Positions 46,517 to 57,122 of a DNA stretch of 64,000 bases are shown piece by piece (position 1 is the stretch's first letter; each line of letters starts with the position of its first letter). The stretch lies in contig CAJBLW010000298.1 of NCBI GenBank assembly GCA_903953985.1, positions 32,514 through 96,513 of the forward strand, written 5' to 3'. This stretch comes from an uncultured Burkholderiales bacterium. GTDB lineage: Bacteria; Pseudomonadota; Gammaproteobacteria; Burkholderiales; Burkholderiaceae_C. Both the position numbers and the translations under genes were made by a program. The notes below the pieces were generated by a model. The model worked only from the letters and a program-made list of their open reading frames with translations. It was not told the DNA's origin and made no database searches.

Positions 46517-47983
46517 ATGAAAAAAATCTTGTGGATTGTTGGTGGTGTTAGTGAGTTTCGATTTTTGCATAAAATCGCATCCGTTCTTGAGCGATATTGC
46601 GAACTTGAATCAATTTACATAACTGAGCTCGAAGAAACTTATAAGTTAATGTCTGAGCGCGGCGTCAACGCAAAGTTTATTGGCGATATTGTTTCGATGT
46701 ACAAAGATACGAACCAGCCATTGGCTGAGAGGGTTGAGATTTGCAATGACATATTAAAAGATATTGATTTAAGAATGTTTCTCCATGGCGACGATCTTAT
46801 TAGATTATTTGCCGAATCCAGATCTGCTATAGAATGGACGGTCGATGTCGTCATCGCAATTTCAAATTTTCTAAACGAAGTTAGGCCACATTATTGTTTG
46901 GGTTACGCGACTGGGTCGGTTTATGTGCGTGCGCTGATGCATCTCGGTCCAGAATACTCGATGGCTTCATATATATTGACTTATGCATCGATATTTAGCC
47001 GAATGGGGTTGATGCCTGCTGGAAAAGAATTCAGATGGACTTGGAAGAGGTTAGAGGATGCGAAGTTAGATGGCGAGCAACCTACTATACAAAAAAACTT
47101 AAAATCGACTATAAGAGCTGATGAATTTATTGAAAACTATTTCAAAGCCCATAAGTCTAGGCCCTTAGTGAAAAGGGTGGGTTTTGTTTCAAGCCTTGCA
47201 AAGTTCCTAGTTAAGTCATTATATTTGCCGCTAATGCTAAAGGCAAAAAAAAATATCGAGCTTGGTGAGTTTGCTCGAAGATACGATTTTATGGTTTCGT
47301 ACAGAAAGACTCGGTGGCATGTATCCAGTAAATTTTTCGGTTACGATGAGACACCGTCAGCTAGATCTTATGTTTATATGCCGCTGGCGTCCTCTGATGT
47401 TGTTCATCGGGTCTGGAATCCGATGAACTTTCTCCAGGAATTTCATATACAACTTGCCATAAACTCACTTCCTAGCAATATTGAATTAGTTATAAAAGAG
47501 CACCCCTATGGGTTGGGTGATATTCCGCACTCAACTTTGAGAAAATTTCAAAAACTTGGTGTAAAAGTTGTGTCGCCAAAAACACATAGTCTTGAACTTG
47601 TCAAAAACGCTGCAGCAGTTATCTGTCTCGGAGAAACAACTGGTTGGGAGTCGGTGCTGTTGAAAACGCCTGTAGTTGTCTTTTGTGCAGATGCTTTTTA
47701 CGATTATTGCCCTGGTGTGTTTAAGGTAAAGGATCCAAACTTGCTTCATCGAGCAATTTTAAAAGCCGTGCGATTCGAAACTAATGACGATATCGAGCGG
47801 GCTAGAGAGAGTGCGATTGAGGGGATAATTAATTGCACAAATAGCGGGAATGTTTGGGGGTATAAGAATGTGATTTGGATTGATGCGAATACAAACTCTG
47901 AAAATGTATTGGATATAGCGAATGCAATCGCTGAGGGTCTAGAGTTGTGCGGATCTCAAGCTTTGCAGTTAGAAAGCAAATAA
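46517..47983 (+). CDS. KpsS/Capsule_synth-like glycosyltransferase
   Basis: YVYMPL, VIKEHP, T.GWES.L...PVV; AT-rich. Confidence 0.62.
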   Translation: MKKILWIVGGVSEFRFLHKIASVLERYCELESIYITELEETYKLMSERGVNAKFIGDIVSMYKDTNQPLAERVEICNDILKDIDLRMFLHGDDLIRLFAESRSAIEWTVDVVIAISNFLNEVRPHYCLGYATGSVYVRALMHLGPEYSMASYILTYASIFSRMGLMPAGKEFRWTWKRLEDAKLDGEQPTIQKNLKSTIRADEFIENYFKAHKSRPLVKRVGFVSSLAKFLVKSLYLPLMLKAKKNIELGEFARRYDFMVSYRKTRWHVSSKFFGYDETPSARSYVYMPLASSDVVHRVWNPMNFLQEFHIQLAINSLPSNIELVIKEHPYGLGDIPHSTLRKFQKLGVKVVSPKTHSLELVKNAAAVICLGETTGWESVLLKTPVVVFCADAFYDYCPGVFKVKDPNLLHRAILKAVRFETNDDIERARESAIEGIINCTNSGNVWGYKNVIWIDANTNSENVLDIANAIAEGLELCGSQALQLESK

Positions 47984-48049
47984 GCCTCTTACTGAAGTGT
48001 TTTGGAAATTCATGTGGTTTCAATTTTACACACTCTATGAGAATGAGCG

Positions 48050-49444
48050 ATGAGCGCTCCACTCAATATTGCCATTATTGTCGATAATCCGAGACGCGAC
48101 CTGCGCGGGTTGGTTCTGCTCGCCTACCAGTTTGCTAAGCGGGGAGCAGCAGCGTTTTTGGTGCCGATGTACCAGCAAGGTTACGACCTACCGCTGCTTG
48201 CCCCGGATTTGGTTGTTCTGAATTACGCGAGAGAGAGCAACAGGGGGCTGTTGGAAAGTTATCGAGATATGGGTGTTCGCGTAGCAGTGCTAGACACCGA
48301 AGGGGGCGTCTTGTCCGAGTCCGGATTTGATTCGCCTGACAATTGGGCTACCAGCTTCCGTGACACTGGTTTAGCTGATCTGGTTGATGATTACTGTTTT
48401 TGGGGTAAGGCGGTCCACGATGCCTTCAGGCAGCGCAGCGGGATGGATGAGGCAAGTCTGGCGTTGACCGGCTGCCCTCGTTATGACATATGCAATCCGC
48501 CATGGTCGTCCCTGCTGAAATATCCTCGTTCAGGCTTCATTCTCGTCAACACGAACTTTTCCGCGATCAATCCGGCTTTCACACGTTCGGATGCAGACGA
48601 GCAGCGGCTGTTTCGGGAGCAGGGCTGGGATGCTGGTTACGTTCAGGATTTGTTCGCGGAGCTGCATGAGGTTTTCCCCCGCTATCTTGATGCGATCGAA
48701 GCCATCGCGCGTACTGCGCCGGGCCGAACGGTGCAGATTCGCCCTCATCCATTCGAAAATGAAGCGGTGTACCACGAGCGCTTCGCTAACACACCCAATG
48801 TAATCATCGATGGCAAGGGCGATATCTTTAATGCCATTCATGGTGCAGAGTGCATTGTTCACTTGAATTGCGGCAGTTCGGTCGACGCAGTCCGAATGGG
48901 CAAGACACCGATCTCGATGGAGTTTTTGAATACAGAGGTCATGCGTCGGCATGCGCCACTGCCGTCGCGGGTTAGTTGCCATGCGGCTAGCTTGGATGAT
49001 TTGTTGAGTTTGGTTGGGGACTCATCCCTTCGAACCAGTCGATACGATTTGTCAAAGGCCCGGCGCGAGATCGAGCCTTGGTACCATTTGAGCGATGGCC
49101 ACGCGGCTGAGCGTGTTGCAGACTTTCTACTTTCCCGGGGCGGCAAGACGACAAGTGGTGCACGCAGGAGTCTGGGAGCGGCGCTTCGCGGTGGGCGGCT
49201 CCATCCCAGTTTACGGCAGTACCTGTTGGGCGGGCTAAGTTTGGTGGCCGGGAGCTATGCCGCATCGTTGGTGGTTGATCAGCTCCAAAGCGCCCGGCGC
49301 GGGAAACACATCGACTATGCCACCGTCCATGAGTTGGTCTCGCTCTATCGCCAGTTGGATGATGGGCCGGAACTTCAGGTCAACCGTCTGCGCAGCCCTA
49401 TTGCTGGGCAGGCTCTTTCTAGCTTCCGCATCCACATTTCATGA
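48050..49444 (+). CDS. Surface carbohydrate biosynthesis protein (GT-B-like)
   Basis: VDNPRRDL, LDTEGG, TGCPRYD, ILVNTNF, IRPHPFE. Confidence 0.7.
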   Translation: MSAPLNIAIIVDNPRRDLRGLVLLAYQFAKRGAAAFLVPMYQQGYDLPLLAPDLVVLNYARESNRGLLESYRDMGVRVAVLDTEGGVLSESGFDSPDNWATSFRDTGLADLVDDYCFWGKAVHDAFRQRSGMDEASLALTGCPRYDICNPPWSSLLKYPRSGFILVNTNFSAINPAFTRSDADEQRLFREQGWDAGYVQDLFAELHEVFPRYLDAIEAIARTAPGRTVQIRPHPFENEAVYHERFANTPNVIIDGKGDIFNAIHGAECIVHLNCGSSVDAVRMGKTPISMEFLNTEVMRRHAPLPSRVSCHAASLDDLLSLVGDSSLRTSRYDLSKARREIEPWYHLSDGHAAERVADFLLSRGGKTTSGARRSLGAALRGGRLHPSLRQYLLGGLSLVAGSYAASLVVDQLQSARRGKHIDYATVHELVSLYRQLDDGPELQVNRLRSPIAGQALSSFRIHIS

Positions 49445-50814
49445 CCGGCAAACTGAACATCGTTTTCGTCAGCCTTGCACAAAACCAGAGCCGTTTTTTC
49501 GAGATGGTGGGTAGAAGCATGGCACAGGCCGGATACAGCATCGTGCACGTCTGCTTTCACGAAGGCGCTGTCAGGGAGTTGCGGGAGCATGGCTGCGAGG
49601 CATTCAACCCGTACGAGTATCAGGTCGCGTCCAAGGGGCAGGTTTGCTTCGGCGACTACGGTATTCCCAACCCTGCACTGCTGCTTGGTCACGAGAAGGC
49701 GGCGTACGAACTCTCCGATACGAAGGCGCTCGAGCTCAAGTTCAAAGGTCATCTGGCGACCATGGATGCAATCCTGCGCAGCCTCTTGGAGCGTGGCGGT
49801 CGCTGGTGTGTGGTCCAGGAACTGGGAGGGTTCACCTCAGTGCTCGCAGCGTATTTCTCTGCCCGACGCCTCGGTCTCGACAACTGGTTCATCGAGCCAT
49901 CATTCTTCCGTGGGCGCCTATTTTTCACCCCAAACACATTCGCGGCCCCTCTGGTGCAGGCCTCGGATGCTCCTGCATCAGACGAGGTGCGGGCTACTCT
50001 TGAGCGTATCCTTAAAAATCAGTCGGTGGTCGTTCCCGTCAAGGATCGGTTGCACTATCGAGGAGCCAGCAAGAAATTGTTGGACTTCAACAACTACCGC
50101 CGTCTGTTTGAGAAAGTCGTATCGAAATACGTGCGCGGCGAGAGGGAGGAGTTTGAGCACATCGGCGGACATGTGGAGCGTCATCTCCGGATGTTCATCA
50201 ACTCAAAGAAGAATGCCCGCTACTACTCGGACGAGGCGGGGGGGCACCCATTTATCTATTACCCGCTTCATGTGCCTGCCGATTTTGCTTTGACAATTCG
50301 GTCGCCTGAGTACTTAGACCAATACAGCCTCATTGATTATCTGTGCCGAATCGCACCGCTTGGTTACCGCGTTGTGATCAAGGAGCATCCAGCGCTTGTC
50401 GGTGCGGTGCATCCGCATCGCATCCGCGAACTCTTCAATCGCCACGACAACCTCACGATGCTCTCGCCTGGTGTTAACAATCATCGGGTTCTGGCAACTG
50501 CAGCCGCCGTCGTGACTGTGAACTCCAAGTCGGGGGCCGAGGCGTTGCTTCATGGCACGCCGGTGGTGGTGCTCGGTAATGCGTTCTACGAGGACTGCCC
50601 TTTGGTTTATCGGGTGGCTGGCCTTGCCGGCCTGCACGATGCCTTGAGCCGCGCCCTTGACCCGGCGTTGGCATATGACAGCGAGGCCGCTCTGCCCTTC
50701 TTTCAGGCAGTTTGGGACGCTAGTTGCCCGGCAGAACTTTACGACCTGACGCCGGACAACGTAACTAGCTTTTCCCATTCGCTTGCACGTCTTTTGGGGC
50801 CTGGATCGCTGTGA
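49441..50814 (+). CDS. KpsS/Capsule_synth-like glycosyltransferase
   Basis: YYPLHVP.D, VIKEHP, VTVNSKSGAEALL.G.PVVVLG.AFY. Confidence 0.75.
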   Translation: MTGKLNIVFVSLAQNQSRFFEMVGRSMAQAGYSIVHVCFHEGAVRELREHGCEAFNPYEYQVASKGQVCFGDYGIPNPALLLGHEKAAYELSDTKALELKFKGHLATMDAILRSLLERGGRWCVVQELGGFTSVLAAYFSARRLGLDNWFIEPSFFRGRLFFTPNTFAAPLVQASDAPASDEVRATLERILKNQSVVVPVKDRLHYRGASKKLLDFNNYRRLFEKVVSKYVRGEREEFEHIGGHVERHLRMFINSKKNARYYSDEAGGHPFIYYPLHVPADFALTIRSPEYLDQYSLIDYLCRIAPLGYRVVIKEHPALVGAVHPHRIRELFNRHDNLTMLSPGVNNHRVLATAAAVVTVNSKSGAEALLHGTPVVVLGNAFYEDCPLVYRVAGLAGLHDALSRALDPALAYDSEAALPFFQAVWDASCPAELYDLTPDNVTSFSHSLARLLGPGSL

Positions 50815-53312
50815 GCCTGTCACAACGAGCTGTGGCCGGTTCAGCCGCTTACCTGTTGGTCGGGTTGCTGCTGGCGAGTGACGTTTTGCCACCGCTGGCG
50901 GCCGCCATGCTGGCCGCGCCTTATGCGCTCCTCGTACCTGCCGGGGTGGGCCTCATTGTCTGTTTCGGTTGGCGCGGTTCGATATCTCCAGGTATCGGGC
51001 GCGTCCAGGCCCTTCTCTACGCATGGCTGTTCGGAACGCTGGCGATAATCTATGTATTTGTTCTTCTGGAGCGTTGGGGCCTGACGGAAAACCTTGGGAA
51101 CTCTGCCCTGGTAGCATTTTTCACGCTGGGAGTCGCTGGTTGCATACGACTGCGCGGGGAGTTCTCGACCCAGCGTACCGACTGGGCCACGCTGCGGCTG
51201 GTCGTGCTGCTTGCGCTGCCCCTAGTGATTGTCAAGTACGTTTTGCTGATTCCTCTTTACTCGGATTATCCAGTTCTGGACCTGTTTCAGCGGACCCATT
51301 TCCACAAAGGAGCCCTCGAGTTCTCGAATTTCGGTTTGCTCAATCCTTTCGTTGCTGACTCCTATGTACCTTTCCAGCAGTTGCTCCTCGGATTGTTGGC
51401 GCGCGGTGCCAATGTCGATCCTCTAGTTGCCGAATGGGTGTTGCCCGTCATGATGGCTCCGCTGCAAGTGGGCGCCATCTTTTCCGTGGCGAGCGTCTTT
51501 GCGAAGTCAAACAAGCAGTTGGGTCTCGCCATTGGCTTATTTCTCGCTATGTCCAGCATAACGAATCCAACCAACTCGGACGTGGCGGCACTGGCGGCTT
51601 TGCTCCTGATGTCGCTACTGCTGGGATCAGAGGAGGACAAAACTGGGCGCGAGCGGGTTTGGGGATTGCTATTCCTGTTTGCAGCCATTGCCGGGGCGCT
51701 GATCTTCTTTTCCATGGCAGTCCCTGCCGGCCTTGCAGTGCTGCTCGGCGCGGGATTGCTCACCTCAGTTCCCAAGGTGGGTGCGCGTGTAGCGCAAACA
51801 ATCATAGTCATGATCGTAATATTCGTAGCGATTTCTTTCCACCGGGCAGGCATCTTGTTAGCAGCCCTAGTGGTGATGATCCATTTCGCGACTGCGTTTT
51901 TTTTGGGTAAGCAGCGTAGGAGAAATTCCCGATCATTGGCCATAATCTCCCTCGTATTGGCGCTTATCGTAGGCAGTATGGCCGGATGGATCCTGTCCTT
52001 TGGCGGTGGTAGCTATCCGAGGGACGAATTCGGTCTTTGGAGGCTTTTTGACATCGTCCTAGAGCCCCTGATCGGAAAGAGCATGATGGTGGTTAATTTG
52101 GACGGCGACATGTCCCAAGGATCGGGCGGCAGGATTTCTTTATTCGAAGTTGCACGTTCTCTGACCTGGTCAGGCACACTCGTCGGCGGTCTGCTGTTCC
52201 TGCGCTCGATATGGCCTAGTATCGGTGGGCGCTGTATGAAAGTTGACAGGGCGAATGCCGGTGACCCGGGCATCACTTTGGTGATAATGTGTTTGCTCCT
52301 GATAGGTGTTGCCTTGACAGGGTTTCCGTTCATTCATCGAAGTGCGATCTTAATTGCTACCTTGATGTCGGTCGCGATAGCCGTGTTAGTGTATCCAACT
52401 GGAGCAGCCGCAGCGCTTATGGGTCGCCCAGCAATAGCTGTATCTATCGGTTTGATGAGTGCCATGGGGGGCTTGTTTGCCACTCTCTTTCAAGTGCGCG
52501 ACCCGAGCATCGAACCTTTCCTCAAGCCCGTCTTCCCATTGCTGCTCTTTGTGTTTGCTGTGGGTGGCGCCGCTACCTGGTATATCAGGGGTAGACGATC
52601 GATCGGCTTAGGGTTGCTGCTCGTTGTCACGGTGCTGTTCGAGATGATCGCATCACATGCGTATTTCAAGCCGTATGCTTTCTCGCGCCAGACGCCTCCA
52701 GAGGACACGGTGTTCAGCCATTTCGGCCACCGCGAGCTGGCGACAGCAGAGCGCATCGGTAGCCAGCTAGCCCTGGGGACTGTGCTCGTATCGGATCCCA
52801 AGACCATGGCCCTGATAGGTGCGCGCAGCGGGTTAACCTCCCTAGTTTCGTACTCTAACTTGAACACGATGGAGCGCGACACACGCAGCCAACTAGTAAA
52901 GCTTCTAGGCATGGTGTCCGCAGGTGCGCCAGTGTCGAATGTCTGTTCCGGGTTGCTGAGGATATCGAGTTCGTACGCTTCTTCCCAGTCAAATTACGAA
53001 AGAATACGTCGGGAGGGGGCACTATCGGGAGGCGAGGCACTGGCTGAACTTGGCTACAACGGCGGCACTCTATTAGTGCGCTCCGTGGCGCCGTTAAGGT
53101 TCGCAGGGGCTGCTGAGGGGACGAACCACAAAGACCAGCTGTTCGCTATCGTCATTTCACCAGATACGCTCGACTGGTTGTCTGAATCTTCCAATCCCTC
53201 ATACTTTCCTGCACAAAGGGAAGTTTCCGAAATCGCCGATGTTTTTCAGTTGTATGGCTCAAATAGTCACCGAGTCGGGGATGCACATTTGTTGTTGGTG
53301 AAGTGCGAATGA
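50811..53312 (+). CDS. Large polytopic membrane protein (possible GT-C/polymerase/ligase)
   Basis: 833 aa, many hydrophobic segments, soluble C-terminal domain (VLVSDP.T); no recognisable family. Confidence 0.55.
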   Translation: MSLSQRAVAGSAAYLLVGLLLASDVLPPLAAAMLAAPYALLVPAGVGLIVCFGWRGSISPGIGRVQALLYAWLFGTLAIIYVFVLLERWGLTENLGNSALVAFFTLGVAGCIRLRGEFSTQRTDWATLRLVVLLALPLVIVKYVLLIPLYSDYPVLDLFQRTHFHKGALEFSNFGLLNPFVADSYVPFQQLLLGLLARGANVDPLVAEWVLPVMMAPLQVGAIFSVASVFAKSNKQLGLAIGLFLAMSSITNPTNSDVAALAALLLMSLLLGSEEDKTGRERVWGLLFLFAAIAGALIFFSMAVPAGLAVLLGAGLLTSVPKVGARVAQTIIVMIVIFVAISFHRAGILLAALVVMIHFATAFFLGKQRRRNSRSLAIISLVLALIVGSMAGWILSFGGGSYPRDEFGLWRLFDIVLEPLIGKSMMVVNLDGDMSQGSGGRISLFEVARSLTWSGTLVGGLLFLRSIWPSIGGRCMKVDRANAGDPGITLVIMCLLLIGVALTGFPFIHRSAILIATLMSVAIAVLVYPTGAAAALMGRPAIAVSIGLMSAMGGLFATLFQVRDPSIEPFLKPVFPLLLFVFAVGGAATWYIRGRRSIGLGLLLVVTVLFEMIASHAYFKPYAFSRQTPPEDTVFSHFGHRELATAERIGSQLALGTVLVSDPKTMALIGARSGLTSLVSYSNLNTMERDTRSQLVKLLGMVSAGAPVSNVCSGLLRISSSYASSQSNYERIRREGALSGGEALAELGYNGGTLLVRSVAPLRFAGAAEGTNHKDQLFAIVISPDTLDWLSESSNPSYFPAQREVSEIADVFQLYGSNSHRVGDAHLLLVKCE

Positions 53313-54061
53313 GCAATGACCTTGTTTCCATCGTAATGCCCGCCTACAAGGCGGAGAAAACCGTAGCGGAGGCTATTCTGTCTGTGCAAGCGCAGACCTA
53401 TGCGCACTGGCAACTGCTGGTGGTGGACGACGGCTCGCCTGATAGCACCGCCGACGTGGTAGCCGCACTGGCGAAATCGGACCAGCGCATCGAACTTGTA
53501 CGGCAGGCGAATGCTGGACCGGCTATGGCCCGCCAGAAAGCACTAGATCATGCGCGCGGTCGCTACATCGCGTTCCTGGACAGCGATGACCTGTGGCTGC
53601 CCAGAAAGCTAGAGCAACAGATCACCTTCATGGACGTACATAGTGCAGCGCTCTCGTATACGGCCTTCCGTCGCATCCAGACAGACGGCAGCGGACTGGG
53701 GCATTTGATCTCGATCCCGCCGTACTTGACGTACCGTACTCTGCTTGGCAACACTGCGATCGCTACGTCGACGACCGTGATAGACAAGTCCATCGCTGGG
53801 GAGTTCAGGATGACAAAAACCTACTACGACGACTTTGTGCTGTGGCTGGACATCCTCAAACGCGGGCATGTAGCTCTGGGCCTGAATGAGGATCTGATGC
53901 GTTACCGCGTCATGGGCGATTCAGTGTCTCGCAACAAAGGCAAGTCAGCATACATGGTTTGGCGTACCTATCGAGAGATTGAGCAATTGTCGCTCCTGCG
54001 TGCGTCTTGGTGCTTTGCACACTACGCATTCAATGCATGGCGCAAGTATCGGGACTTCTGA
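53309..54061 (+). CDS. GT2 glycosyltransferase (TuaG-like)
   Basis: VSIVMPAY, VDDGSPD, AFLDSDDLW. Confidence 0.9.
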   Translation: MSNDLVSIVMPAYKAEKTVAEAILSVQAQTYAHWQLLVVDDGSPDSTADVVAALAKSDQRIELVRQANAGPAMARQKALDHARGRYIAFLDSDDLWLPRKLEQQITFMDVHSAALSYTAFRRIQTDGSGLGHLISIPPYLTYRTLLGNTAIATSTTVIDKSIAGEFRMTKTYYDDFVLWLDILKRGHVALGLNEDLMRYRVMGDSVSRNKGKSAYMVWRTYREIEQLSLLRASWCFAHYAFNAWRKYRDF

Positions 54062-54063
54062 GC

Positions 54064-54993
54064 ATGCGCGTTCTCATCACCGGCGCTGGCGGTTTCATCG
54101 GGCGGGCTTGTGTCGCAGGCTTCGCCGCGGCGGGCTGGCAGGTGCGCGCGGTCAGCCGACAGCCTGCCCCGGCGCGGCCCGGCGTCGAGCGGGTACTCTT
54201 AACGGATCCCGGCAGGACCGACTGGACGGCACTGCTCCACGGGGTGGACTGCGTCCTCCATCTGGCCGGCGTCGCCCACAGGCCTGCTGCCAGCCTCGCG
54301 GAGTACGAGGAAATCAATGTCCGACTGACCGGTGCACTGGCCCGGGCCGCCGTCGCGTCAGGGGTCGGGCATTTCGTTTACCTCAGCTCAGTCGCCGTGC
54401 ATGGCCGCGACAGGGGGGATATTGACGAGACCATGCCGCTATGCCCGGGCGATACCAACGGGCGGAGCAAAGCGCTCGCCGAAGCGGCACTGCGCGAAAT
54501 TGCCCGGGATACTCCAATGCATTGGACGGTCGTTCGTCCACCGCTGGTGTATGGATCCGATGCGCCGGGAAACTTCCGCCGTCTGGTGGTCCTCGTACGT
54601 CGCGGCATCCCGCTGCCCCTTGCTGCCGCGACGGCGCCGCGAAGCTACATTGGCATAGACAATCTATTGTCGGCCCTTTTATGCATCGTGGACAATCCAA
54701 AGGCTGCCGAGAAGACTTTTCTGGTCAGCGATAACGACGATCTTTGCACCGCAGACCTGATCCGAGCGATGGCCCGAGGAGTTGGCCGGCCGGCGCGTCT
54801 TTGGTGGCTGCCCGCCGGGCTGCTAAGCCTCGGCGCAAGCCTTCTCGGCCGCAGCGGCGACGCGGAACGCATCTTTGGGCGCTTGCAGATTGATACCCGG
54901 GCGATCCGCCAAGAATTGGGTTGGGCGCCGCCGATCCCAGCCCATGAGGGCATTGCTCGCGCCATGGCAGACAGCGCAGATGGACTGAATTGA
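54064..54993 (+). CDS. NAD-dependent epimerase/4-reductase (WbpV/WbpK-like)
   Basis: TGAGGFIG, HLAG.AH, RPPLVYG, RSYIGIDNL; YxxxK appears as NGRSK. Confidence 0.8.
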   Translation: MRVLITGAGGFIGRACVAGFAAAGWQVRAVSRQPAPARPGVERVLLTDPGRTDWTALLHGVDCVLHLAGVAHRPAASLAEYEEINVRLTGALARAAVASGVGHFVYLSSVAVHGRDRGDIDETMPLCPGDTNGRSKALAEAALREIARDTPMHWTVVRPPLVYGSDAPGNFRRLVVLVRRGIPLPLAAATAPRSYIGIDNLLSALLCIVDNPKAAEKTFLVSDNDDLCTADLIRAMARGVGRPARLWWLPAGLLSLGASLLGRSGDAERIFGRLQIDTRAIRQELGWAPPIPAHEGIARAMADSADGLN

Positions 54994-55016
54994 ATTTAAT
55001 ACTGGAAAAATGACCG

Positions 55017-56348
55017 ATGGAAAAGATACCTTATCCCAAGCAGATCGACCACTCCCGCTACCTTGGCGATGCCCTTGCTCACGAGACCAAGTACGGCCTT
55101 CCTGCCGAAGTCCGTTACTGCGTCCGCTGCGTGATCTCCAATCAGCGGCCGAATTCCGCGGTGGAGTACAACCATGTCAAGGAGAGCAAGAAGCGGACGA
55201 TCAACCTCGATGACGACGGTGTGTGCGACGCATGTCGTTTCGCTGAGCAAAAACAGTCCGGAATCGACTGGGCGGAACGAGAGCGACAACTGGTAGAGCT
55301 GTGCAACCAGCATCGGAGCAAGGACGGCAACTACGATTGCATTGTCCCAGGCTCCGGCGGCAAGGACAGCTTTTATGCCTCACATATCCTGCGGACCAAG
55401 TACGGGATGCATCCCCTGACCGTCACCTGGGCGCCCCATGTGTATACCGAGTGGGGCTGGAAGAACTTCCAGAGCTGGATCCACGCAGGGCATGACAATC
55501 TGCTGATGACACCAAATGGCCGTGTTCACAGGCTATTAACCCGGTTGGCAGTGGATAACCTGTTTCATCCCTTCCAGGCGTTCATGCTTGGGCAGAAGTT
55601 TTTGGCTCCCAAGATGGCCTTGTTGCATAAGATTCCGTTAGTGTTCTTCGGCGAAAACGAAGCCGAATACGGAAATCCTATAGGCGATACAGAATCAGCC
55701 AAACGGGATTGGTCATACTTCACGGCAGAAGACCAGTCAAAGGTTCATCTGGGTGGCGTTTCCGTTCCCAATCTCAAAAAGTTTTTCGGCCTCGAGCAGC
55801 AGGATCTGATCCCATATTTGCCTGCGGACCCGCACCAGATCGAGGCACAGAAAGTTGAGGTTCATTATCTGGGCTATTACCTAAAGTGGCATCCGCAGAG
55901 CTGTTACTACTACGCGGTAGAGCACGGGGGCTTCCAAGCCTCCCCGGAGCGCACCCCAGGCACCTACAGCAAGTACAACAGCATTGACGACCGGATCGAC
56001 GACTTTCATTACTACACCACCGGAGTGAAGTTCGGCATCGGCCGGGCGAGCTACGATGCGGCCCAGGAAATCCGCTCAGGCGACATTACCCGAGAGGAGG
56101 GCGTTGCCTTGGTCAAGCGCTTCGATCACGAATTCCCCGAGCGCTTCGCCGACGAGATTTTCCGCTACCTCAGCATCCCGGCCAACGAATTCCCAGAGGC
56201 CAGCCGGATGTTTGAGCAGCCAACCATGACGCGAGAGTATTTCATGGCCCTCGCCGACACATTCCGCAGTCCTCATCTGTGGAAGTGGGAGGATGGCCAG
56301 TGGAAGCTCCGCCATGCGGTCTGGCACGGCCACCACCAGGTCCGCTGA
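55017..56348 (+). CDS. wbuX: N-acetyl sugar amidotransferase (WbuX/PseA/WbpG family)
   Basis: C..C, CDAC, YDCIVPGSGGKDS PP-loop, KFGIGRA. Confidence 0.88.
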   Translation: MEKIPYPKQIDHSRYLGDALAHETKYGLPAEVRYCVRCVISNQRPNSAVEYNHVKESKKRTINLDDDGVCDACRFAEQKQSGIDWAERERQLVELCNQHRSKDGNYDCIVPGSGGKDSFYASHILRTKYGMHPLTVTWAPHVYTEWGWKNFQSWIHAGHDNLLMTPNGRVHRLLTRLAVDNLFHPFQAFMLGQKFLAPKMALLHKIPLVFFGENEAEYGNPIGDTESAKRDWSYFTAEDQSKVHLGGVSVPNLKKFFGLEQQDLIPYLPADPHQIEAQKVEVHYLGYYLKWHPQSCYYYAVEHGGFQASPERTPGTYSKYNSIDDRIDDFHYYTTGVKFGIGRASYDAAQEIRSGDITREEGVALVKRFDHEFPERFADEIFRYLSIPANEFPEASRMFEQPTMTREYFMALADTFRSPHLWKWEDGQWKLRHAVWHGHHQVR

Positions 56349-56360
56349 GCGCGCCTCCCG

Positions 56361-57122
56361 ATGAGCAATCTGCGCATCATTCCCCGCCTGGACATCAAGG
56401 GTCCGAACCTGATCAAGGGGGTTCAGCTGGAAGGCCTGCGGGTCATGGGCGACCCCCAGGAGTTCGCCATCCGCTACTACGAGGCGGGGGCGGACGAGCT
56501 GGTGTACATGGACATCGTTGCTAGCCTCTACGGCCGCAACAATCTCAGCGACATCATCCGCCGCGCGGCCGACCGGGTCTTCATCCCGATTACGGTGGGC
56601 GGCGGCATCCGCTCGGTCGATGATGCCCGCCACATCCTCCGCTCCGGCGCCGACAAGGTGGCCATCAATACTGCGGCGGTCGCCCGCCCCGAGCTGATCA
56701 CCGAGGTGTCGCGGCGCTTCGGTTCCCAGGCGATGGTCCTCTCCATCGAGGCGAAGCAGGTGGCACCCGGCAAGTGGGAGGCCTATACGGACAACGGCCG
56801 CGAACGCACCGGGCTTGATGTCCTTGAGTGGATCTGCCGCGGGGTAGAGCTCGGCGCCGGCGAGATTCTGCTCACTTCCGTCGATCGGGAGGGCACCCGC
56901 AAGGGCTTCGATATCGATCTGGTGCGCCAGGTCAGCGCGGCAGTGCCGGTACCGGTGATCGCCAGCGGCGGCATGGGCAGCATCGAGCATTTCATCGAGG
57001 CGGCGACCACCGGCGGCGCCGATGCGGTGTCGATGGCGGACGTCCTTCATTACAACCGGATACCACTGGCGGCGATCCGCGACGCGGGCCGCGCGGCCGG
57101 ATTGGCGGTGAGATCGATATGA
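56361..57122 (+). CDS. hisF: HisF-like cyclase subunit (WbuZ-type, glycan amidation)
   Basis: [32 protein letters not shown]; adjacent to amidotransferase. Confidence 0.88.
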   Translation: MSNLRIIPRLDIKGPNLIKGVQLEGLRVMGDPQEFAIRYYEAGADELVYMDIVASLYGRNNLSDIIRRAADRVFIPITVGGGIRSVDDARHILRSGADKVAINTAAVARPELITEVSRRFGSQAMVLSIEAKQVAPGKWEAYTDNGRERTGLDVLEWICRGVELGAGEILLTSVDREGTRKGFDIDLVRQVSAAVPVPVIASGGMGSIEHFIEAATTGGADAVSMADVLHYNRIPLAAIRDAGRAAGLAVRSI

